Origin: a virus
IMG/VR virus record: IMGVR_UViG_3300030118_001869
Span: 1 to 64,000 of that record
Reading direction: 5' to 3' (one strand)
Length of the DNA stretch: 64,000 bases
The translations under genes and the position numbers were made by a program. The notes below the pieces were generated by a model. The model was given only the letters and a program-made list of their open reading frames with translations, was not told the origin of the DNA and searched no databases. Positions 40,538-50,534 of the stretch are shown here, in pieces (within the stretch, counting starts at the first letter, position 1; the number at the start of each line of letters is the position of its first letter).

Positions 40538-43500
40538 ATGGCATGTTTTAATAAAAATACAGCAGAGTACAAAGAACTAAAAGCAGAGTTTGGTCAGGAT
40601 ATAATTGTTGACGCAGCAATTATCAATTACCAAAGAACTACTAATAGTACTATTATACCTAATCTTGTTCAGGTACAGCAAATGGAATCTGATATGAAGG
40701 TAATGTACTCAACTATGAAGAGGGAGTTTGGTCAAGCTTTAGTAAGAAACCTAATTGAAAAAAAGCTAGCCACTAAAAAATACAAAGGATACCATTATGT
40801 AAATGCTACTGACGGCCTAAGCTTTGTTGCTAATCAAAGTATACTGAATAAAAATATTGAAAAGATATATAAATATTTGGATGCTAATAATATTCCTGCG
40901 GATACAGTTAGTATAGAGAGAACTAAGAGATCAGCACGTATAACAGTTAATGATGGTCTCTTTAAGATAAATGATATAGTTCCTGAGAACAGACCTGCGG
41001 ATACTACAAGGACTCTTGCAATAGTAGAACATCTAGGAAGAATGTTTCCACAAGTTCAGATAGATGTTGTATCTGTAGCACAAGCTAGAGAATACTATAA
41101 CTCTTTAGACCCAAGACAAAAGGCTAGAGTAAAGTTTGATGATATAAAATCATATTATGTAAATGGTAGAGCTGTCCTAATTCAAGGTAGAGTAAACTCT
41201 AATACTGCAATAGAAGAAATACTACATCCATTTGTAGATGCAATAAAAGTAGAGAACTCTGAGTTGTTTGATAACCTATTAGAAGAATCCAAAGAAACCT
41301 TTGCAGAACTAAAACAACAGATAGATGATACGTATAGTAACAAAAATGGATTTAATCAATTACATAGAGATCTAGAACTAGTTACACAATCATTAACTAG
41401 ACACTTTGCATTAGAGTATGAGACTACACCTTCTCAATCATTCTTACAAAGAGTAAAGGATTTCCTTGCATGGTTTGCAGGAGTTTTAAACAACTTACAT
41501 AAGTACATTACGGGTGATGCTACGCCTGTATTTAAGGTGAGTCAGATTCAAGCAAGAACAAATCTTTCTGACATAGCAAAGATACTTAACACAACTGATG
41601 TAAGTTTTCAGCTGGAAATGAAAGCAGATGGAAAGGTTAGATATGCTTTATCACCTGAAAAGCAGAAGATAGTAAATCATATTAAAACTCAAGCAAATGA
41701 TACTCAAAAGCAGATAATAGATAGACTTTTTAGTATTGCACAAAAACAATCAGATAGTATTGACTCACTATCAGCAGGGTCAGTAGTAGGTGAAAGCATT
41801 GTAATACTAAATGAGGAAAACCACACTTATTATGATATCACAACAGGTGAAGCATTTACATCCGCCACAAGAGCTATTTATGGTAAGTTAGAAAATGAAG
41901 CAGAGCTACAGGAAAACTTAGCAGTAGGTAATGACTTTGATGCAGTTGTAAATGCTATTTTATCAGATATAACTGCAGACCAGTTATTTGAAGATTTACA
42001 ACAAGTAGAAAACAGTAAGTTTAAGAATGACAAAGCACTAGTAGATAAAGTCTATACTGATATAAGTACATTTTTATTAGGTTTAAGAGCAGATGGTACT
42101 GTTTTCATACCCCAGGTAGTTGTATTTGATAAGAACGCTAAAATAGCAGGAACTGCAGATATTGTAGGAATTACACCAAAAGGCACAATAAAGATTATAG
42201 ATCTTAAGACTAGCAAAACACCGTATGCTAGCACTGCAAGAGAACAGTACAAAAGACAATGGGCTGTACAAAATGATAGTTTTCTAAAACCAAAAGGTGT
42301 AGAAATGTTATCTACTAGAGCTAGACATGGTATGCAAGTAAATATGTATAGAAGAATGTTTGAGAATATGGGCTATGAAGTTGAGACAGGTCCTTTTTCT
42401 GCACAGACATTCCATATTCATGTAGATATCTCAGGCAAAGGTGTAAATCAAAAATTCTTAGGTACATATAGAATGGATGGTATGGTAGTGCATCCTCCAT
42501 CTTTAAATCAAGATTATATTGATATGCTGATACCTGAAGATCCAGATATTATAGCACAAGATAAAATAAAGGAGATAAGAAAACAAGGTAGAATGTATGA
42601 TCCAGTAAATGATCCTGATTTTATAGAAGATGATTTAGAGTATCCAACAAGCCCACAGTTTGACCAAACGAGATATCAAAGTATTAATAGTAGTATAAAA
42701 AATTATCAGAAACATTTACAAGAACGTAAGCAAGCCCTAGAAAATTATAAGAAAAGATTATTTGTAGATAAGACGAATGAACAGGCATTACAGTATACGA
42801 ACAATGCATTAGCCACTATAATGCTTGCGTTGGATACGACTAACCCTGATCAAGTTGCACTACAAAGTAATGTTTTTGTTCAGCTTATACGTGATGCAAT
42901 AAAGGAGATGGACACATTTCTTAACTTTATAAAAGATGAAAAGAACTTTAATGATCCTAACTTTATTACATATTTATTGAATATTAAAAAGTTTACTAAC
43001 TCTTACCTTGCTTTAAGAAGTATTTCTGAGTCAGGTATTCTCAATAAGACAGAGGGACAACTATTAAATACACTTACTACTAAAGTACAAAGCTTGGACG
43101 GCACTGATTATGATCAAGGCTTGATAAGACAAGCAATGTTAGACTGGGCCGAGAACTATGTAAAGAATAACTCTAACAGAGATTTTACTAAAGAACAGCT
43201 AAAAGATCTTGTGAGACAAGCAGAAGATATTAGTTTTCTAGATTTAAATACCAGAGACTTAGCTACTTTGCCTGACACACTACTTGCTCTTATTGCAAAA
43301 GAATTTAGTAGAGCCAGATTAAGAGGACAGGCTAGAGCAGAAGAGGCAAATACAAAGACAAGAGCTTTGGGTAATACATTATATAGACTTAGTGATAGTA
43401 AAAAACCAGAAGAAGTTTTTGAGTTTATGGCTGAAATGGATAATGGTAAGTTTACAGGAAGATTTGTACAAAAACTAGGTGATAAATATTATGGTAAGTT

Positions 43501-46228
43501 AGAAGAGCTAAGATCTAAACTTGTTCATGAAAATGGAGATTGGAAAGAGTATAGAGAAATCAAAAATTTAGAAGAGGATGTAGAAGATATAAAATATAAT
43601 TTAGAGTTGTATGCAGATAGACAAGCACATGCAGCATTTTGGAGAGCAGAAACTAAAGATGAAAACGGTAACCCTGTAGCAGGAGAGTTTCATGAGTATA
43701 CACAAGAGTGGAAAGATATTAGATCTAAGTATATGAGTTTTATTCCACAAGGTGAGAATGGTTATTGGATATTCAAGGCGGGTATAAAACCTGAGCAACA
43801 AGAAGAATTTTACTTAAAACACTATGATGTAGTAGAGGATGGGCAAATTATGGAAAAGAAAAATGGTGTGCCTACAGGTAGAATGATACCTGCTAAACTA
43901 CAGTTTCCAAAAAGAAAATACAGACAAGCTAGAGCTGACAGAACAGATTTACAAAGTGATAAGTATAATAAACTTATGTCTGACAATACTGCTTTAGGTG
44001 TAGCAAGAAGAGATTTTTATAATCACTTTATGCAAGAGTATAACAGACAACTAAAGAAGTTACCTATGTCTGTCAGAGATCAAATGTTAGGATATGCTCC
44101 TATTGTACAGGGTCAAATATTATCAGAAGCACGTAAAAAAGGTATTCTACCAGCGTTCCTTAGAACCATGGGTAGACAAATAAAAGATACATTTACATCT
44201 AGCATGTCATTTAGAAGGGTAGCAACAGATGAAAATGGTAATTTAATTGATTCAATACCTATAATGTTTGTGGGTAGACCTAGAACAGATAAACAATTAC
44301 AAGTCATAGATGATAAGATAGCAGAAGTAGAACAAGCTAGAAAGGATGGAACTCTTTCAGGAGAAAAATATCAAGCAGAGATTTCACGGCTAACTAGTCA
44401 AAGAAAAGCTGTCCTTGGAAAACCTAGAGCAGATGAAGTAAGTATGGACTTTGCTGATTCCTTGATCAAATTTACTGGTATGTCATCTATGTATGAAGCT
44501 ATGGATGACATAGAAGATACACTTCTTGGTATTAAAGAAATAGTAGATAAGAGAACTTATAGAGAAAATGAGTCAAAAGGTGTTATTAGATATGTAAAAG
44601 GAACAAGAGATTTCTTTGCTGGTAAACGAGGTAACAAATCCAAAGAACAAGAAAATACAAAGAAAAGACTAGCCGCATGGTTTTCAATGGTATTTTATAA
44701 TAGTGATGAAATGTCAAGAACAAGGTTAGATAAACTTACAAATGCTGCCATATCATATTCTTCTTTATCATACGTTGCATTTAACGCAATAGGTAACTTA
44801 AACAACTTAGCTATTGCATCTGCTAACAACTCTATAGAAGCTCTAGGTCAAAGATTCTTTTCAAGAAAGAATTATGCTAGAGCAAACGCTGAGTTTTATG
44901 GATTGAATGTAGCACAAGGTTTAATTAAGAGATTAGGTATGTCATCAATAAAAGGTGGTGGAGATAGATATGATCCTAAAAAACCTATGAACAAATGGGA
45001 GGCAATGGCATTAGATAATCAAATGATGGATGCTTATGCAGATATACGTGAATCTATTCAAGGTCAAGGAGCACTAAATGATGATTTCTTTACATACTCT
45101 GGCTTTATGGACAGACTTAAAACTTTTGGTTATTCTTTACAGGATGCTGCTGAGTACAAGGTACAAACAACTGTAGGTACTGCACTACTTATGGATTTAA
45201 CAATGATGAACAGTACAACAGGTGAAAGAATGAGTTACTATGATGCGCATGATTTTGACTCTAAAACTCAAACAGTAAAATTAAAAGAAGGTTTTGATAC
45301 TGTTGTTGAGAAAAGCTTAACAGGTGAAGAAACTCTAGTTCCCTTCACTGAGAATTATAAGTTTGATTTAAGAATGAAGATCCGTGAAGTTAATAAACAG
45401 ATTCATGGTAACTATGCAAGAGAAGATAGAACAGTATTACAAAGACATAATATTGGCCAGTTAATATTTCAGTTTAAAAAATGGTTGGCCCCTGCTATTA
45501 GAGCTAGATGGCAAAGAGAATACTATGATGAAAATCTAGGATGGATGGAAGGTAGATACAGGTCTGCCTTAAGATTCTTTGCATACTTTATGAAACAGGT
45601 TGGGCAAGCTAACTTTAGAGCTGCTAACTTTAGAGATTATATGAAGTCACAATATGGTAAAGAAGGTACAGGAGCTCAAGAACAAGAAAGATTACAGAAT
45701 CAAGTAAAGGGTATTCAAAGAACAGTTGCTGACATATCTATGATAGCAGCTGCTCTTTTAACTCATTCATTACTCATGGCTCTATTTGAAGATGATGATG
45801 ATGATATGGATCCAACTCTTAGAAGATTAAGGAACCTTGCTATTTATCAAGCTGATAGAACATACAAAGAACTTGTAATGTTTATACCTGTAACAGGTAC
45901 AGCAATAAATCAAGCAGGTGATTTTATTAGTGATCCTATAGCATCTACTAGAAACTTAGGTGCAATAGGTGAAGCACTTAGTTCATCTATGTATTTTGGT
46001 TACAGAAAACTTAAAATGGCATCACCTGTTGGTGGACTAGATGGTGAGTGGGGTATATCAAGAAGAGAGCATAGAGCTTTACTTGAAGACTCTGACTTAT
46101 ACTATCAGTATAAACCTAGAAAGGGAGATCTCAAAGCATGGAAGGAAATTAGAGATGCCGTACCTGCATTATATACTATACAAAAGTGGGAAGGGTTCCT
46201 CAAACGTCAAGACTTCTATATTGATTAA
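40538..46228 (+). CDS. Large cargo protein (1896 aa) with degenerate zincin-like motif and PD-(D/E)XK nuclease domain
   Basis: AIEEILHPFV (about 41210); IAGTADIV...IKIIDLKTS...QVNMY (about 42143-42350), a RecB-like PD-(D/E)XK pattern. Helical C-terminal region follows. Confidence 0.75.
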   Translation: MACFNKNTAEYKELKAEFGQDIIVDAAIINYQRTTNSTIIPNLVQVQQMESDMKVMYSTMKREFGQALVRNLIEKKLATKKYKGYHYVNATDGLSFVANQSILNKNIEKIYKYLDANNIPADTVSIERTKRSARITVNDGLFKINDIVPENRPADTTRTLAIVEHLGRMFPQVQIDVVSVAQAREYYNSLDPRQKARVKFDDIKSYYVNGRAVLIQGRVNSNTAIEEILHPFVDAIKVENSELFDNLLEESKETFAELKQQIDDTYSNKNGFNQLHRDLELVTQSLTRHFALEYETTPSQSFLQRVKDFLAWFAGVLNNLHKYITGDATPVFKVSQIQARTNLSDIAKILNTTDVSFQLEMKADGKVRYALSPEKQKIVNHIKTQANDTQKQIIDRLFSIAQKQSDSIDSLSAGSVVGESIVILNEENHTYYDITTGEAFTSATRAIYGKLENEAELQENLAVGNDFDAVVNAILSDITADQLFEDLQQVENSKFKNDKALVDKVYTDISTFLLGLRADGTVFIPQVVVFDKNAKIAGTADIVGITPKGTIKIIDLKTSKTPYASTAREQYKRQWAVQNDSFLKPKGVEMLSTRARHGMQVNMYRRMFENMGYEVETGPFSAQTFHIHVDISGKGVNQKFLGTYRMDGMVVHPPSLNQDYIDMLIPEDPDIIAQDKIKEIRKQGRMYDPVNDPDFIEDDLEYPTSPQFDQTRYQSINSSIKNYQKHLQERKQALENYKKRLFVDKTNEQALQYTNNALATIMLALDTTNPDQVALQSNVFVQLIRDAIKEMDTFLNFIKDEKNFNDPNFITYLLNIKKFTNSYLALRSISESGILNKTEGQLLNTLTTKVQSLDGTDYDQGLIRQAMLDWAENYVKNNSNRDFTKEQLKDLVRQAEDISFLDLNTRDLATLPDTLLALIAKEFSRARLRGQARAEEANTKTRALGNTLYRLSDSKKPEEVFEFMAEMDNGKFTGRFVQKLGDKYYGKLEELRSKLVHENGDWKEYREIKNLEEDVEDIKYNLELYADRQAHAAFWRAETKDENGNPVAGEFHEYTQEWKDIRSKYMSFIPQGENGYWIFKAGIKPEQQEEFYLKHYDVVEDGQIMEKKNGVPTGRMIPAKLQFPKRKYRQARADRTDLQSDKYNKLMSDNTALGVARRDFYNHFMQEYNRQLKKLPMSVRDQMLGYAPIVQGQILSEARKKGILPAFLRTMGRQIKDTFTSSMSFRRVATDENGNLIDSIPIMFVGRPRTDKQLQVIDDKIAEVEQARKDGTLSGEKYQAEISRLTSQRKAVLGKPRADEVSMDFADSLIKFTGMSSMYEAMDDIEDTLLGIKEIVDKRTYRENESKGVIRYVKGTRDFFAGKRGNKSKEQENTKKRLAAWFSMVFYNSDEMSRTRLDKLTNAAISYSSLSYVAFNAIGNLNNLAIASANNSIEALGQRFFSRKNYARANAEFYGLNVAQGLIKRLGMSSIKGGGDRYDPKKPMNKWEAMALDNQMMDAYADIRESIQGQGALNDDFFTYSGFMDRLKTFGYSLQDAAEYKVQTTVGTALLMDLTMMNSTTGERMSYYDAHDFDSKTQTVKLKEGFDTVVEKSLTGEETLVPFTENYKFDLRMKIREVNKQIHGNYAREDRTVLQRHNIGQLIFQFKKWLAPAIRARWQREYYDENLGWMEGRYRSALRFFAYFMKQVGQANFRAANFRDYMKSQYGKEGTGAQEQERLQNQVKGIQRTVADISMIAAALLTHSLLMALFEDDDDDMDPTLRRLRNLAIYQADRTYKELVMFIPVTGTAINQAGDFISDPIASTRNLGAIGEALSSSMYFGYRKLKMASPVGGLDGEWGISRREHRALLEDSDLYYQYKPRKGDLKAWKEIRDAVPALYTIQKWEGFLKRQDFYID

Positions 46229-46390
46229 ATGAAAGCTATTTTAGAACTGATATTAATTGCAGTGTTATTCCTTATAGGAACTGTAATTATAAGTATACTC
46301 AGTTTACTATATAGTCTAAAGAATACAGTTAAAAGATTGATTAGTTTATTAAGTAACCGTAAGGGGTTGACTCTACATCTGTACCTATAA
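46229..46390 (+). CDS. Possible small membrane peptide (53 aa, below the ORF-track cutoff)
   Basis: ATG directly after the stop at 46228, encoding a hydrophobic helix (MKAILELILIAVLFLIGTVIISILSLLYSLK...). Overlaps the 3' end of the opposing gene. Confidence 0.3.
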   Translation: MKAILELILIAVLFLIGTVIISILSLLYSLKNTVKRLISLLSNRKGLTLHLYL

Positions 46391-46886
46391 GCATATTTTC
46401 TATTTTGAATTCTGCTACTTGTACTGCATCTATATATGGGTTATAGAACTCACCACTACCTTCTAGACTTATTCTATCTCCTACAACTGACTGTACATCA
46501 ACATATGCCCAGTTAACATAGTCATTTTCTCCTATGATTTCTAGACCTGCTAGTTTATCATCAGTTCCTAGATGATCATAGATTCCAGTATCTAGTAAGT
46601 CATCATCCATGTCTCCTTCTAAGTCATAGGTAAATAAAGCAAAGTGTTGTCTATCTAATCTGGGTTGTCCATCATCTACTTGTAGATAAAGTACAAAGAT
46701 TTTTCTTCTGAAGCCGTCTACATCTTTGACTGCTCCATATGTATTGATAACAGAGTATCTTTCATATGGGTCAAATGCAACGCCATCTAATGATATTTCA
46801 AAAACAACTTCTGGTTCAGATATGACTTCTTCCTTTTCACATCCTAGTAATAGAAGTAAAGTAAGTAATAATAATAATTTTTTCAT
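46341..46886 (-). CDS. Lipoprotein, probably surface-exposed
   Basis: Likely start MKKLLLLLTLLLLLGC (SPII lipobox) followed by EKEE, matching the Bacteroidota lipoprotein export signal C-x-K-(D/E)2. The mature part is acidic and beta-rich. Confidence 0.75.
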   Translation of the reverse strand: MKKLLLLLTLLLLLGCEKEEVISEPEVVFEISLDGVAFDPYERYSVINTYGAVKDVDGFRRKIFVLYLQVDDGQPRLDRQHFALFTYDLEGDMDDDLLDTGIYDHLGTDDKLAGLEIIGENDYVNWAYVDVQSVVGDRISLEGSGEFYNPYIDAVQVAEFKIENMLIGTDVESTPYGYLIN

Positions 46887-46896
46887 GATTGTAAAT

Positions 46897-47295
46897 TTAA
46901 AACTGTGATGCTTGATTTGCTTGTTCAATTGCTTCCTCTATTTCTTGCAATGTAACTGGACATTCTAAGTCCAATCCTGCTTTCCACACTTCTTCTTTGA
47001 AACCTTCTTTAAATAAGATTATTGTTGGTGCCATACGCACTTTGTACTTCTTTTTTGCTTGGGGTGCTTTACCTATATCAACACGCACATAAGGGATATC
47101 TATTTTACTCCAGTCAGCAAATGCATTGGCCTCATTGAACTTAGCCCAAAACTCTACTATTACTAAAGGCTCATCCTCACCATAGGCACTCTTACCACTG
47201 ATAACATCTTCTATATTTGAGTCATCTGCCCATTGCTGTGAAAAACTTAATAAGGGCAGAAGTAATAGTATTACTATTATGAATTTTTTTAACAT
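46897..47295 (-). CDS. Secreted thioredoxin-fold protein lacking CxxC
   Basis: Signal peptide MLKKFIIVILLLLPLLSFSQ. Trx pattern LVIVEFWAKFN (CxxC replaced), VRVDI...KKYKVRMAPTIILFKEG. Confidence 0.75.
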   Translation of the reverse strand: MLKKFIIVILLLLPLLSFSQQWADDSNIEDVISGKSAYGEDEPLVIVEFWAKFNEANAFADWSKIDIPYVRVDIGKAPQAKKKYKVRMAPTIILFKEGFKEEVWKAGLDLECPVTLQEIEEAIEQANQASQF

Positions 47296-47297
47296 TA

Positions 47298-47582
47298 CTA
47301 TCTTCTTTGTTGTAATTCATACAATCTTTCATCAATTTTATCAAGTTGCTCTTTCATTGATTCTACATCTTCTTGTGTATCTAAAATTGTTTGACGAATT
47401 AATTCATCTTTAAGATCATACTCTATTCTGTCTATAACAGGAGCAGGTAATTCTTTTGCCTCAGCAATGTCTGCTTGGAGTGCAAACCACATACCTACTA
47501 ATGCTGCTATACCTGTACCAATCATTCCTAATGTTTTTAAATCTAAAGTTACTTTAGTATCTTCACCTATTTGCTTTGCCAT
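47298..47582 (-). CDS. Single-pass membrane protein with C-terminal coiled coil
   Basis: TM segment LGMIGTGIAALVGMWFAL followed by heptad repeats (TQEDVESMKEQLDKIDERLYEL). Confidence 0.7.
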   Translation of the reverse strand: MAKQIGEDTKVTLDLKTLGMIGTGIAALVGMWFALQADIAEAKELPAPVIDRIEYDLKDELIRQTILDTQEDVESMKEQLDKIDERLYELQQRR

Positions 47583-47591
47583 TTTATTTTA

Positions 47592-48830
47592 TTATTTAAA
47601 TGAAAAGTTCAGACCTACACTGCTCTGAAATAATTCACTGTCCCAAAATTTTGCGTACTCTCCTTCAATAAATATTCCCAATGTTTTGCTCAGCCTCCAG
47701 CCAAAGTTAACTCCTGCTGAATAATCATCCCATTGCTCTGGCTCAGCATCTTGTCTTAATCCTCCTTTACCCCAGTTATTTCTATTTAGATAACTAAAGT
47801 TTTCATCTCCTGCAATGTACTTGTGATAAGGAAGAATCCAGTTAGCATATGCATGTAACCAGAAGTTAGGCTTATAGTGATAAAAATCAAATCCTACAAT
47901 TGGTGCTACTTCTCCAAATGGGTCTATTAGATCCCACTGCTCATTATTAAATCTGTTAATTAAATCTCTGAATACTGTATTACGGAAGTCTAAGTCTGAG
48001 TATGCTACAATTCTATCTTCTGAATCTCTCCATATCCAGTCAAATGTTGTATCACCTGTTTGCTCATCAGTGTAAGTTGTAGCATGGTCCGTATATCCAT
48101 ACTCATAACCTAAGCTATACCATGGATTAGCAGGATACTCTATAACTTCTCCTGTCTGAGGATTTGTCCATGTCTCAGTTTCATTTAACCATATTTCAAT
48201 TGGATTGTATCCATAAGCACGTTCATGCGTACGGTAGATTGCACCGGCTGATATACTAAACTTTTTACCAATTGGTAGTCTAGCTCTGACCTCAGCTGAC
48301 TGATAGTCTAAGTTAATCTTTCCTACAGCTCTTGACTCAGCTTTTATAATGTGATATTTTCCTGTCCACTTAACAAAGAATCTGTGATTATCAAATACTT
48401 CTCCCCTGTTTCTTTCTTTACCTACATCAAACTGATATTCTAATCCTGTTAATGCTGAGCTAGGTGCAGTAAATGCTAACTGCTGCTCTGTACCATCATA
48501 CCAGTTTCTTGGCTTTCTTTCATAATTAAAACGTGCAAGCTTTCTAATACCAAAGCTCCATCTGTAGTCAAATTCAAAGTATTCAGTTACGTCTATTACA
48601 CGTGGAATACCGTAGAGATCACCATCTGCAGGTCTCTCTACAAAGAAGTCTTGTCTGCTTGATTCATAAGAACTACGTGCATCACCGGCTGCATACACAG
48701 TACCGTACTGTAGAAAGTCTTTGTATAAGGCTTTGAAGAATTTACCTTTTTCCTTTTCTTCTTGACCATGAGAAAGGTTTGGTAAGCACAATAAGAGCAT
48801 AAAAACCAACAGACCTAAATATTTTTTCAT
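47592..48830 (-). CDS. Putative outer-membrane beta-barrel protein (412 aa)
   Basis: Sec signal peptide; Tyr/Trp/Phe-rich amphipathic strands (FSISAGAIYR, PIVGFDFYHY, YSAGVNFGWRL, LGIFIEGEY); C-terminal beta-signal-like SSVGLNFSFK. Confidence 0.7.
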   Translation of the reverse strand: MKKYLGLLVFMLLLCLPNLSHGQEEKEKGKFFKALYKDFLQYGTVYAAGDARSSYESSRQDFFVERPADGDLYGIPRVIDVTEYFEFDYRWSFGIRKLARFNYERKPRNWYDGTEQQLAFTAPSSALTGLEYQFDVGKERNRGEVFDNHRFFVKWTGKYHIIKAESRAVGKINLDYQSAEVRARLPIGKKFSISAGAIYRTHERAYGYNPIEIWLNETETWTNPQTGEVIEYPANPWYSLGYEYGYTDHATTYTDEQTGDTTFDWIWRDSEDRIVAYSDLDFRNTVFRDLINRFNNEQWDLIDPFGEVAPIVGFDFYHYKPNFWLHAYANWILPYHKYIAGDENFSYLNRNNWGKGGLRQDAEPEQWDDYSAGVNFGWRLSKTLGIFIEGEYAKFWDSELFQSSVGLNFSFK

Positions 48831-48873
48831 ATTTAAAGTTTAATATTAATCTATGTTTGTGTTGGTTATATAA

Positions 48874-48886
48874 TATAATATACAAA
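48874..48886 (-). promoter_or_regulatory. Putative phage promoter motif TTTGTATATTATA (minus strand)
   Basis: Exact reverse-complement copy, oriented towards the beta-barrel gene. Confidence 0.55.
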
Positions 48887-48908
48887 TAAGAGTTTAAATA
48901 AACAATAT

Positions 48909-50534
48909 TTATCCCTCACAACTTGCACATTCAAGTATATTTCTGGAAAAAGCTTGTGCTGAGCTTTGGCTGAACTGATAGTATAATGTCTTTACACCTA
49001 ACTCCCAAGCACTTAGATATAGTTGATTTATATCTTTTGCAGGCACACTAGGATGTATCATTAAATTTAAACTTTGAGATTGATCAATATACTTCTGTCT
49101 TTGTGCAGCTTGTATAATTAATTCTTTAGGTGATATCTCAATAAAAGATTTAAACACAGCTTTTGTAGGAAAGTCTAGATGCTGGACAGACCCATCTTTC
49201 TTTAAAATGTCTTCCCAGGTTTCTTCATTATCTAAACCGTACTTGTTTAACTCTTGTTTTAAGAAAGGGTTTTTGTATATGGTTTTAGTCTTAGCTAAGT
49301 CTTTTATAAAATAGTTAGATTTGATTGGCTCAATACCCATAGAAACAGCACCATGTATGAAACTACTTGATTTAGTGGGTGCTATAGCCATTAGAGTAGT
49401 GTTTGCGTACCCCTCCCTTATACACTCATAACCTTTCTCATTAGCTAAGTATCTTGATGCAACTTCTGATTCTTCTTTTAAATGTTTAAATATCTGATTG
49501 TTTAAACTTTTAGCTTCCATTGACTCAAACTCAATAAGTTTAGATTGTAGTAAACTATGATAGCCTAGCACACCTAAACCTATAGCTCTATGCTTCTTAG
49601 CAAATGTATAAGCTCTTTTTAGGCCAGCCTTTACTTCTGCTTTTGCAATGAACTCATTCATTACAGCATTCAAGAAGAATACATATGTACCTATTGCATC
49701 AGTTTGGATAATATCATCCCAGTGTAATAAGTTTATAGAACCTAAACAACATACAAAAGAGTTGTAACTATCTGTTGGAAGTTGTATTTCTGAACATAAA
49801 TTAGATGCGGTTATCTCTAAACCTAGATCTTTATAAGGAGAATTGTTATTACTATTATCTTTGAACATTATATAAGGGAAGCCAAACTCATTCCTTCTTT
49901 GAATTACTTTGGCCCACAATGCACGCTTCTCTTGATCACCTTCTTTCATTTCATTGAGCCACTGATCACTAACTGTGACACCATACTGTAAATTTTGTAT
50001 TGGGTTTCCCTCAGTTCCAATATCTAGAAAGTCTGCAGCGTCTGGATGTTCAAGTGGTAAATACACTGCACATGCACCTCTTCTTGCCTCAGACTGTTTA
50101 CAAACATCTACAACAGTATCATAGATCTTTGCGTAATGCACAGGGCCATCTGCTAAACCTCCAGTAGAAATTACTGATCCTCTAGGTCTAATGTTACCTA
50201 AGTATGCACTGGTTCCTCCACCATACTTTGACATCATACCTATTTCTCTCCCTGCATTTAGTATACTATCTAAATTGTCATCAACGTTACTACCATAACA
50301 ACTAATAGGTAATCCTTTTTGTTTACCAAAGTTAATCCATACAGGTGTAGATAAACTATAGTAACCCAAAGACATATAGTGCTCAAACTTTTGTGCAAAG
50401 CCTGGCATCTGCAAATACTTTTCTGCTGTATTTGCTATATCTTTTATTCTTTGTTCTGGTGATTCTGATATATATCCTCTTGATAAAAATTTACGGCTAT
50501 CTTCATTTAGCCAATAGTACTTACTAAATTCCAT
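48909..50534 (-). CDS. nrdA: Ribonucleotide reductase alpha subunit, compact, no ATP cone
   Basis: PISCY, SNLCSEI, VCCLGSINL, APTKSSS, KTLYY and C-terminal CASCEG. Confidence 0.95.
   Translation of the reverse strand: MEFSKYYWLNEDSRKFLSRGYISESPEQRIKDIANTAEKYLQMPGFAQKFEHYMSLGYYSLSTPVWINFGKQKGLPISCYGSNVDDNLDSILNAGREIGMMSKYGGGTSAYLGNIRPRGSVISTGGLADGPVHYAKIYDTVVDVCKQSEARRGACAVYLPLEHPDAADFLDIGTEGNPIQNLQYGVTVSDQWLNEMKEGDQEKRALWAKVIQRRNEFGFPYIMFKDNSNNNSPYKDLGLEITASNLCSEIQLPTDSYNSFVCCLGSINLLHWDDIIQTDAIGTYVFFLNAVMNEFIAKAEVKAGLKRAYTFAKKHRAIGLGVLGYHSLLQSKLIEFESMEAKSLNNQIFKHLKEESEVASRYLANEKGYECIREGYANTTLMAIAPTKSSSFIHGAVSMGIEPIKSNYFIKDLAKTKTIYKNPFLKQELNKYGLDNEETWEDILKKDGSVQHLDFPTKAVFKSFIEISPKELIIQAAQRQKYIDQSQSLNLMIHPSVPAKDINQLYLSAWELGVKTLYYQFSQSSAQAFSRNILECASCEG

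Noticed and set aside
1-46228. Numerous short minus-strand ORFs (e.g. 17952..18467, 33254..33823, 38291..38791) opposite the long + genes
   Set aside because: They lie antisense within long, motif-bearing genes and have Ser/Leu/Phe/Ile-rich shadow composition with no recognisable motifs.
46897-47295. Thioredoxin acting as the reductant for the neighbouring RNR
   Set aside because: It lacks the CxxC motif and has a signal peptide, so it is unlikely to serve the cytoplasmic RNR.
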